From the IMG/VR virus record IMGVR_UViG_3300032092_000021, positions 1 to 64,000 of that record: a stretch of 64,000 nt of DNA. One strand, written 5' to 3'. The position numbers and the translations under genes are program-made. The notes below the pieces were generated by a model. That model did not search any database. It was given only the letters and a program-made list of their open reading frames with translations, and was not told the DNA's origin. Positions 8,854 through 16,218 of the stretch are shown piece by piece (the first letter of the stretch is position 1; each line of letters starts with the position of its first letter). The DNA comes from a virus.

Positions 8854-9254
8854 GAAAAATTGTAATGATTCTGGGTATTGCTGCCTTACCGATAGGAGCA
8901 ATATTTGTTGTAAAAGGTTGTCAGAAAAAACCTACTGAAAATCCAGCAGTTACAAGACTAGAGACAATTAATGATAGCTTGCTTAAAGTAATAGATAAAA
9001 ATACAAAGGCAGCTACCGATTTGTATCTTAAGATAGACTCTTTAAACTTTCGTACAGATACTATTATAGAAAAACGGTTTACAGTAAACAAATACTACAA
9101 AGATGAGATATACAATATTCTTAATTCTGATGACCCTACTGCAAATAAACAGTTTAGGTCAACGCTCCAAAAATCAGACTCCCTCCTTAAATCCGGATTT
9201 TACTCCAAAACTTACGACCTACGACCTGCAGTTAATGAATCTAAACTTCGCTAG
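8835..9254 (+). CDS. Putative spanin component (N-terminal TM/lipobox-like VKGC, coiled coil)
   Basis: Basic N-terminus, hydrophobic stretch, Cys29, helical periplasmic region; lies in the lysis cassette. Confidence 0.55.
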   Translation: MEKSKIGKIVMILGIAALPIGAIFVVKGCQKKPTENPAVTRLETINDSLLKVIDKNTKAATDLYLKIDSLNFRTDTIIEKRFTVNKYYKDEIYNILNSDDPTANKQFRSTLQKSDSLLKSGFYSKTYDLRPAVNESKLR

Positions 9255-9543
9255 CATGATGTACTGGTACAACACATCTATGGAAATAGATAGTTTGTAT
9301 CAGCTAGAGAAGCTTAAGGTTCACTACTATTCAAAGATTACTGGTATTCAGGCTAACAGCTATGAAACTCTACAGCAAATCTATGATAATAAACAAGCTA
9401 TTGAGAAAGCAATAGCATTGGAAAAAGATAATGAGATTAAAGATCTTAAGAAAAGAAACAGAGGATTGGTGTTTCAGAATATAGGTCTAACTGTAGGGTT
9501 GGCAGGTTTGACATTTACCACAATTTATTTTGCTTTGCTATAA
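9103..9543 (+). CDS. Putative spanin component (signal peptide, coiled coil, C-terminal TM)
   Basis: MRYTIFLILMTLLQINSLG|Q signal; C-terminal hydrophobic helix; overlaps the previous gene by 152 nt. Confidence 0.55.
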   Translation: MRYTIFLILMTLLQINSLGQRSKNQTPSLNPDFTPKLTTYDLQLMNLNFASMMYWYNTSMEIDSLYQLEKLKVHYYSKITGIQANSYETLQQIYDNKQAIEKAIALEKDNEIKDLKKRNRGLVFQNIGLTVGLAGLTFTTIYFALL

Positions 9544-9580
9544 GTTTTTTTACTATATTAAAGATATATATTTGTTTGTT

Positions 9581-9946
9581 ATGGGAACTGGCGCAGTATT
9601 CTTTGAGACAAGGGATGTAATCACTATAGTAGTTGGGGTAGCATCACTGTCTGGTCTTTATTACACACTTAAACGGTCTGTAGACAGACTAAGTACTAAC
9701 TTTACCAATATGCAAGAAAATCACTCTCGCGACATGGTTAACCTAAACCAGTCTCTTAAAGAAACTAAAGATGATTTTAATAAAAAAGAGCAGAATATCC
9801 ACACTAGGATAGGTGAACTTAGAGAAGAACAAAAAGGCGCTAGTGAAAGACTAGATATTAAAATAGACGCTATATCATCTTCAGTAAATGCAATGAATGC
9901 AGCATTAGCTGAACTCACAGGATATTTAAAGGCAAAGAAAGATTGA
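9581..9946 (+). CDS. Single-TM coiled-coil membrane protein (holin/antiholin-like)
   Basis: Likely start is ATG 9581; TM VITIVVGVASLSGLYYTL followed by a heptad-rich region. Confidence 0.6.
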   Translation: MGTGAVFFETRDVITIVVGVASLSGLYYTLKRSVDRLSTNFTNMQENHSRDMVNLNQSLKETKDDFNKKEQNIHTRIGELREEQKGASERLDIKIDAISSSVNAMNAALAELTGYLKAKKD

Positions 9947-9998
9947 GTCGTTCTGCTCTGTTTTGTGTTTTGTTATTATTGTTTTGATGTTTTAAACT

Positions 9999-10031
9999 GA
10001 AGCCCTTAGAAACGTCTAAGGGTTTCTTTTT
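9999..10031 (+). terminator. Intrinsic terminator ending the lysis unit
   Basis: GAAGCCCTTAGA-aacg-TCTAAGGGTTTC followed by TTTTT. Confidence 0.85.
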
Positions 10032-10036
10032 AAATG

Positions 10037-10066
10037 TTGTAAGTTTAAACTTTTATTGTATATTTG
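10037..10066 (+). promoter_or_regulatory. Flavobacterium-type promoter TTG-N19-TAnnTTTG with palindrome AAGTTTAAACTT in the spacer
   Basis: TTG at 10037-39, TATATTTG at 10059-66, 19-nt spacer, directly after a terminator. Confidence 0.65.
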
Positions 10067-10087
10067 CGTATATATAAACTTAAAACA

Positions 10088-10387
10088 ATGGATCAAACAT
10101 TTATGACAGATGAGGATGTTGCTCAAGGTATTGAGCTTACTCCAGAAATTATTGCGGCTAGAAAAGAAGAAATGCTCAGTTTCTATAAGGAGCAGATCGA
10201 GTTTATGGATGTACAGTTGCAGTTTGAAAAACTTGGTGCTGATATCGAAGAGCATCGTTTAAGAAGACTTGTAGCTATGGTGCGTCAAGCTCAAATCCAA
10301 TCTCCACAGGAACCTCAAGAACCTGGTGAAGAACCAAAAGCTTCAGGACCTTCTGAAGAAAAAAAGAGATCACTGAAGAAGTCTTAA
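10088..10387 (+). CDS. Hypothetical coiled-coil protein
   Basis: Likely start is ATG 10088 after the taaaaca leader; charged and helical. Confidence 0.75.
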   Translation: MDQTFMTDEDVAQGIELTPEIIAARKEEMLSFYKEQIEFMDVQLQFEKLGADIEEHRLRRLVAMVRQAQIQSPQEPQEPGEEPKASGPSEEKKRSLKKS

Positions 10388-10405
10388 TTGCTAGCTTAAA
10401 CCAAC

Positions 10406-10777
10406 ATGGCAATCGTTAATCAAGTGCAGAAGAGAATACGCATGGAGATCTGGGACATTACTAAGTTCCAGATCGCTGTGCATTGTCAGTTAAAAGACAT
10501 ACCTGTTTCAACTCTTGATCTAAATTGCTTAACCCTGCTAGCGTTATCTGGTGAACGTGAACTTACAGATTTTTGTCAGACTGCTGCTCAGAAAGAAATT
10601 TTTGGCAGCAGTCAATCTGTAAGAAACGCACTTACCAAAGCTGAAAAGAGAAGTCTTATCATAAAACAAGGTAAGGGTAAAAAGAAGATTAGGATAAACC
10701 CGGAGTTGAAGATACAAACCGAAGGGAACATTTTACTAGATTATAAAATAGTTAGAGTTGAATCCCAAAAAGTTTAA
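10406..10777 (+). CDS. Hypothetical, possible winged-helix DNA-binding protein
   Basis: SSQSVRNALTKAEKRSLI followed by a beta-wing-like segment. Confidence 0.55.
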   Translation: MAIVNQVQKRIRMEIWDITKFQIAVHCQLKDIPVSTLDLNCLTLLALSGERELTDFCQTAAQKEIFGSSQSVRNALTKAEKRSLIIKQGKGKKKIRINPELKIQTEGNILLDYKIVRVESQKV

Positions 10778-11159
10778 AAATATACTAGAAGAGATTACTA
10801 AAGATATTGATTGCGATAAGCATTTAATATCTGATGTAATGGATTTTTATTGGACAAACGTCAGAAAAAGTATAGTTACCGTAGAGCATCCTAGAATAAA
10901 CATAGAAAGTTTGGGTGCATTTAGGGTAAAATCAACGATTCTGCAAAAGACTATAACCAAGTATAAAGTGACAATGCATGGTTTTAAGAACCCTGATTTT
11001 GCTAAATACCCTAGATATCAAAGTCTAAAAGATAGACTTGAGATACTAGAGAAAGCAGCAGTACAACTGAAAAGTGAAATAGATAGACATAAACAATTAA
11101 AAACCAGCAGATATGCCAACACTACTAGAAGTTTGGAAGAAGAGGGGCAAGATACTTGA
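10758..11159 (+). CDS. IHF/HU-like DNA-binding protein
   Basis: Helix-helix followed by RINIESLGAFRVK, matching the HU/IHF I.GFG.F.V pattern. Confidence 0.6.
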   Translation: MNPKKFKNILEEITKDIDCDKHLISDVMDFYWTNVRKSIVTVEHPRINIESLGAFRVKSTILQKTITKYKVTMHGFKNPDFAKYPRYQSLKDRLEILEKAAVQLKSEIDRHKQLKTSRYANTTRSLEEEGQDT

Positions 11160-11430
11160 GGGTATCAAAAACTCTATATTTAAAGATGAACATGTTGAAG
11201 AAATTGCAACAGAACGGGATAAAATATGTCAAGACTGTTCTGATATTGACAGAAGCGGTGACAAGTGTTTTGCTCCCGGAACTCAACCCTGTTGTGGCTT
11301 ATGCGGTTGTTCACTCCAGTTTTTACAGAGGTCTCTATCGTCGGAATGTTCGGCGGGTAAATGGAAGGCTATACTTACTGAAGAAGAGGAAGAAGCGCTT
11401 AATAAAAAACTTGAAAAAGATGCCAGTTAA
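11113..11430 (+). CDS. Cys-rich Zn-binding protein
   Basis: R..ICQDC...C...CCGLCGC.L...C..GKW pattern. Confidence 0.7.
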   Translation: MPTLLEVWKKRGKILEGIKNSIFKDEHVEEIATERDKICQDCSDIDRSGDKCFAPGTQPCCGLCGCSLQFLQRSLSSECSAGKWKAILTEEEEEALNKKLEKDAS

Positions 11431-12229
11431 ATTTTTACCGCAAGAGCATAAATACGTTAGTATTGATCCTTCCGAAAATGTAAAGTGGACTAGTGTTACA
11501 ACTGTGATATCTAACTACAAAGAGCATTTTGATGCAGATATTATTGCTACAAAGTCTTCAAAGAATAAAAAAAGCAAGTGGTATGGTATGTCTCCTAAAG
11601 AGATAAAAGATGCTTGGAAAAATGAGTCAGATAGAGCAATTAACCTAGGAACCTGGTACCATAATCAAAGGGAGTCTGATATATTAGGATGCTCAACTAT
11701 TAATAGAGACGGACTCGATCTTAAGATAGTAAAGTCTTTAGAGGTAGATGGTGTAAAAACAGCTCCTATTCAAAAGTTAGATAATGGTATTTATCCTGAG
11801 CATTTTGTATATCTAAAATCAGCAGGTATCTGCGGACAATCCGATAGAGTAGAAATTGTAAACGGAAGAGTTGATATATATGATTACAAAACAAACAAGG
11901 AGATCAAAAAAGAATCGTACAAAAACTGGGAAGGAATATCTAAAAAAATGCTTCATCCAGTATCTCATCTTGATGATTGTAACTATAATCATTATGCTCT
12001 TCAACTTAGTCTATACCTGTATATGATTCTGAAGCATAACCCAAAACTAAAACCGGGTAAGCTGCTATTAGATCATGTAATATTTGAAGATGAAGGTGTT
12101 GACGATAAAGGTAATAAAATTCATAAATTAGATATAGAGGGTCGTCCTATTATTAAAAACATTGATAGACACGAACTACCTTATTTGAAGACTGAGGTTA
12201 TTGCAATAATTAATCACATGAAAGAATGA
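11420..12229 (+). CDS. PD-(D/E)XK (RecB/Cas4-like) nuclease
   Basis: SVTT, GTWYH, E, GQSD, DYKTN and YALQLSLY motifs; likely start is ATG 11420 (MPVKF). Confidence 0.85.
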   Translation: MPVKFLPQEHKYVSIDPSENVKWTSVTTVISNYKEHFDADIIATKSSKNKKSKWYGMSPKEIKDAWKNESDRAINLGTWYHNQRESDILGCSTINRDGLDLKIVKSLEVDGVKTAPIQKLDNGIYPEHFVYLKSAGICGQSDRVEIVNGRVDIYDYKTNKEIKKESYKNWEGISKKMLHPVSHLDDCNYNHYALQLSLYLYMILKHNPKLKPGKLLLDHVIFEDEGVDDKGNKIHKLDIEGRPIIKNIDRHELPYLKTEVIAIINHMKE

Positions 12230-12420
12230 TTGTCCAATTAAATCCAATGATTCCTATAAAACGTGTAAAGGATGACATGGAAGGATATGCGTTTCTTGTC
12301 ATAGACTATAGTCAGGAGCACGATGTTTTATTTACATGTGCAATGGATGATGGGGAGATTTGGACACTGAGCAATAAAGAGATAAGATTTTGTAAGAATA
12401 TAAGCTTAGATAGAAAATGA
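12226..12420 (+). CDS. Small hypothetical protein
   Basis: 64 aa, ATGA-coupled to both neighbours. Confidence 0.7.
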   Translation: MIVQLNPMIPIKRVKDDMEGYAFLVIDYSQEHDVLFTCAMDDGEIWTLSNKEIRFCKNISLDRK

Positions 12421-12935
12421 TTGTAAAGTTATTTGACATACAGAACGGAATAGTTATACCAACAGAACACTGCTATACTCTTACGACCTTAAAGAAAATA
12501 ATGGATAATCACCCGGATGATTACCTTAAGATTTATCAGTATATATTTTATATGACATGTCCAAATCCAGATACAAATCCGTTCTTTAATTTATCTGAGG
12601 TAGACAAAGAAGAGATAATACTAACTGAAATAGATGCTGAGTTTTCTACCGATGATGCAGATATAATAGCAGCAATTAAGTTCTGCTGTGATATGTATGA
12701 GACCCCCACGTCTAGAGCATACAGAGGTATCAAACAAATGCTAGATAAACTAGCAACTTACATGGAAAAAACTGAAATAACACACGGTAGAGATGGCAAT
12801 ATCAATTCACTCGTTAGCGCAGCAGCAAAGTTCCAACAAATCCGCGAGAGCTACAAAGGTGCCTACAAAGACCTCCAAGACGAACAAAAAAGTCAAGTCA
12901 GAGGGGGACAAGGACTTGCATACGACCAATTATAA
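12417..12935 (+). CDS. Conserved helical protein upstream of terminase (candidate terminase small subunit)
   Basis: Position relative to TerL in crAss-like gene order; helical C-terminus ending RGGQGLAYDQL. Confidence 0.5.
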   Translation: MIVKLFDIQNGIVIPTEHCYTLTTLKKIMDNHPDDYLKIYQYIFYMTCPNPDTNPFFNLSEVDKEEIILTEIDAEFSTDDADIIAAIKFCCDMYETPTSRAYRGIKQMLDKLATYMEKTEITHGRDGNINSLVSAAAKFQQIRESYKGAYKDLQDEQKSQVRGGQGLAYDQL

Positions 12936-13332
12936 AGGTAAGTTCTTTGTAATTGATGTAGAACTGTATAACTGCCAGTTTCTAGTTAGTATAAATCAGG
13001 ATAACGAAGATCTTGTCATATCTCTTATTGAAGCCCGTGTTTTATATTCTGCAGAAGATCCTGAATTAGGTTATTACATGGAGCACTTTGTAGGGATGGA
13101 AAAAAACCATCTTGCCAGAACAGTAAAACATGATAATGGAGTAATTAGCATTAAGATAAATAAGTTTGATAAGAATGACCCTAACAATATGGCGACCTTG
13201 GTTCATGAGTTATCACATGCTGTAATGTTTACCTTTGATAGAATAGGTACGCCACATAATGCAGACACTGATGAACCCTATAGTTACCTGCTAGGATTTT
13301 TAATGAAGAAGTTTTTTGAGAACGTGGGATAA
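12916..13332 (+). CDS. Zincin-like metallopeptidase (HExxH)
   Basis: TLVHELSHAV ... DEPYSYL motif; start uncertain (TTG 12916 or ATG 12793). Confidence 0.7.
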   Translation: MHTTNYKGKFFVIDVELYNCQFLVSINQDNEDLVISLIEARVLYSAEDPELGYYMEHFVGMEKNHLARTVKHDNGVISIKINKFDKNDPNNMATLVHELSHAVMFTFDRIGTPHNADTDEPYSYLLGFLMKKFFENVG

Positions 13333-13348
13333 CCCCTATCTTTATAGT

Positions 13349-14011
13349 ATGGCCAAGACAAACATCGAAAAGACACCCCCAAAAGGAGAGATCAAGTTCT
13401 CAATTACTCTTTCAGAAGAGCAGAAAAAAGCTAAAGAACTGATTATCAGCACACCCTATAATTTTCTTATTGGATATGCTGGTAGTGGTAAGACTCTGGT
13501 TGCTGTACAGATAGCACTAGATCTTTACTTTAAGAGAAGAGTAAATAAAATTATTATAACCAGACCTACAGTTTCTACTGAAGATAACGGGTTTCTTCCT
13601 GGTTCTGAGAAGGAAAAAATGGAACCCTGGTTAGTTCCAATTAAGTCTAACATGAGAAAAGTCTATGACAAACCTGATATCCTAAACAGGATGGAAGAGG
13701 AAGGTCAAATAGAACTTGTATCTCTTAGTCACTTTAGAGGAAGAACCTTTGAGAACGCTGTATGTATAATAGATGAGTTCCAGAACCTAACTAAAGCACA
13801 ATTACAAATGTGTGTAGGTAGATTAGGCAAGGGTTCTATTATGATATTTACAGGTGATTTGCAGCAGATTGACCTTAAGATAAAAAGCGATTCTGCTATC
13901 CACGATATTCCTAAAATTGAAAAGTCAGGGTTTGTAAATAAGATAATTCTTACGGAGAACCATAGACATGAAGCTCTAAATGAGATACTTAAGTTGTTAA
14001 ATGAGTACTGA
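13349..14011 (+). CDS. phoH: PhoH-family ATPase
   Basis: GYAGSGKT, GFLPG..KEKM.PW, RGRTF, IIDEFQN, GDLQQIDL and NHRH motifs. Confidence 0.95.
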   Translation: MAKTNIEKTPPKGEIKFSITLSEEQKKAKELIISTPYNFLIGYAGSGKTLVAVQIALDLYFKRRVNKIIITRPTVSTEDNGFLPGSEKEKMEPWLVPIKSNMRKVYDKPDILNRMEEEGQIELVSLSHFRGRTFENAVCIIDEFQNLTKAQLQMCVGRLGKGSIMIFTGDLQQIDLKIKSDSAIHDIPKIEKSGFVNKIILTENHRHEALNEILKLLNEY

Positions 14012-16217
14012 AATCTACGAACATATACCTACTTACAGCGATGGAGAATGGACCTACACAGACTTTGAAAGTAGAAAAGATTTCTATGAGTTCTGCTTGT
14101 CAATCTTTAAAGAACCTGGGGAATATGAATTTGATGAAGTATCTCAATTGTTTAATGAACAAGCACGACTGTTTAATAAAAACGGAATTTATTGCACAGC
14201 ACCATCTGGAACTAAAGACTTTATAAAATACTGGGATACAGAAAAAGAAAAGTGTAGAAAGGGTGTGATATATAAGTCAGGTACCAAAGCTTGGTACATT
14301 ACCCGTGACTACTACATGTGGTTAAATTTTCTTCCCATCTTTAATAAGGAAACCCAGAAGTATGGATTTGCTGATGTAAGAGATGCACAGTATCACATGG
14401 CATTATATGAGATACTTGCAGAACTTGACTATAAACACTGTGCTATTCTTAAGAAACGTCAGATTGCCAGCTCATATTTTCACTGTGGTAAACTCATAAA
14501 TCAAATCTGGTTTGAGGAAGGGGTTACCCTAAAGATGGGAGCTAGCCTCAAGGATTATATCAATGAAAAGGGTAGCTGGAAGTTCTTGAATGAATACGAA
14601 TCATTTTTAAATAAACATACAGCGTGGTACAGACCTATGAACCCCAACAAAACAATGTTCTGGCAACAGAAGATTGAGATATCAAACTTTGTTGGTGGAC
14701 AGAAGAGAAAGACTGAGATAGGTCTAAAGGGTGTGATCCAAGCAATGTCTTTTGAGAAAAGTCCTACTACGGGTGTCGGTGGTCCTACTAAATACTTCTT
14801 TCACGAAGAAGCTGGTATTGCACCGAAGATGAATCAGACCTACGAATACCTACGACCTGCACTTAGATCCGGTATGATTACTACTGGTACTTTTATAGCA
14901 GCTGGTTCTGTCGGTGACTTGAGTCAATGTGATCCTCTTAAGAAACTGATTCTGCACCCTGAAGCAAATGACATATACGCTGTACCATCTACATTAATTG
15001 ATAATAAAGGCACTATTGGTACCACCGGACTATTTATCCCAGAACAATGGTCAATGCCACCATATGTAGATAAGTTTGGTAATTCTCAGGTAAAAGAATC
15101 ATTAGAAGCTCTTGATGAGTTATTTGCTAAATGGAAAAAAGAACTGGATCCTCAGGAATACCAACTTCGCATATCTCAGCACCCAAGAAATGTAAAAGAA
15201 GCATTTGACTTTAGAACTTTGTCTTTATTCCCTGCACATTTGGTCACAGGTCAAATGCATAGAATAGATGATAAAGAATATCCTTACGAGTTTCTGGATA
15301 TTTACAAAAACATACAGGGTGGGATTGAGGTGCAGACTACCAGCAAGTTACCTATTATGGAATTCCCGGTTACTAAAAACACCGAGGACAAAACAGGTAC
15401 ATTAGTAGTATGGGAAAGACCTGTAAAAGATCCAGAGTTTGGTATGTACTATGCTTCCATTGACCCTGTGTCAGAAGGTAAGACAACTACCTCGGAATCA
15501 CTATGTTCCATTTATATTTATAAAAATCCAGTAGAAGTAACTAAAAACAATGGCTCTGAGATACAGACATATATTGAAAGAGACAAAATTGTAGCTGCTT
15601 GGTGTGGTCGTTTTGATGATATTAAAAAGACTCACGAAAGACTTGAATTAATTATAGAGTGGTATAACGCATGGACAATAGTGGAAAATAATATTCCGCA
15701 GTTTATTACTTACATGATTGATAGGAAAAAGCAGCGTTATCTGGTACCCAGAAGTCAGATATTATTCTTAAAAGACATTGGTGCAAACGCTAGTGTTTAT
15801 CAAGAATACGGATGGAGAAATACAGGTACTCTATTTAAGAGTCACATGATTAGTTACGCTATTGATTTTTTAACTGAGGAACTAGATCAGGAAGTTACAT
15901 CAGAAGGTAAAATTGTAAAGACCACTTACGGTATAGAAAGGATACCAGATCCTATGCTTTTAAAAGAAATGATGGAGTATAGAGATGGTGTAAACGTCGA
16001 TAGATTAGTATCATTTGCTGCATTAATAGCTTTTGCTAAAGTCCAACAAGCAAACAGGGGATATAAAAAGAGATACGAAGAGACCGAGAATGTAAAAAAG
16101 TTGGATAATAATGATAAATTCAGTAAATTAATTAGGAGCCCGTTTCGTCATATTGGCGGATCTGGTAATACTTTTGGCATGAGGGTTCCTAAACAACCGT
16201 TCAGAAATTTAAGATAA
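14001..16217 (+). CDS. terL: Terminase large subunit
   Basis: Walker A LKKRQIASS, Walker B YFFHEEAG, RNase H-like ASIDP...DRL; lies upstream of portal. Confidence 0.93.
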   Translation: MSTEIYEHIPTYSDGEWTYTDFESRKDFYEFCLSIFKEPGEYEFDEVSQLFNEQARLFNKNGIYCTAPSGTKDFIKYWDTEKEKCRKGVIYKSGTKAWYITRDYYMWLNFLPIFNKETQKYGFADVRDAQYHMALYEILAELDYKHCAILKKRQIASSYFHCGKLINQIWFEEGVTLKMGASLKDYINEKGSWKFLNEYESFLNKHTAWYRPMNPNKTMFWQQKIEISNFVGGQKRKTEIGLKGVIQAMSFEKSPTTGVGGPTKYFFHEEAGIAPKMNQTYEYLRPALRSGMITTGTFIAAGSVGDLSQCDPLKKLILHPEANDIYAVPSTLIDNKGTIGTTGLFIPEQWSMPPYVDKFGNSQVKESLEALDELFAKWKKELDPQEYQLRISQHPRNVKEAFDFRTLSLFPAHLVTGQMHRIDDKEYPYEFLDIYKNIQGGIEVQTTSKLPIMEFPVTKNTEDKTGTLVVWERPVKDPEFGMYYASIDPVSEGKTTTSESLCSIYIYKNPVEVTKNNGSEIQTYIERDKIVAAWCGRFDDIKKTHERLELIIEWYNAWTIVENNIPQFITYMIDRKKQRYLVPRSQILFLKDIGANASVYQEYGWRNTGTLFKSHMISYAIDFLTEELDQEVTSEGKIVKTTYGIERIPDPMLLKEMMEYRDGVNVDRLVSFAALIAFAKVQQANRGYKKRYEETENVKKLDNNDKFSKLIRSPFRHIGGSGNTFGMRVPKQPFRNLR

Positions 16218-16218
16218 T

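Noticed and set aside
11156-11419. N-terminal extension of the nuclease ORF
   Set aside because: Overlaps the Zn-finger gene almost entirely; ATG 11420 is the more plausible start.
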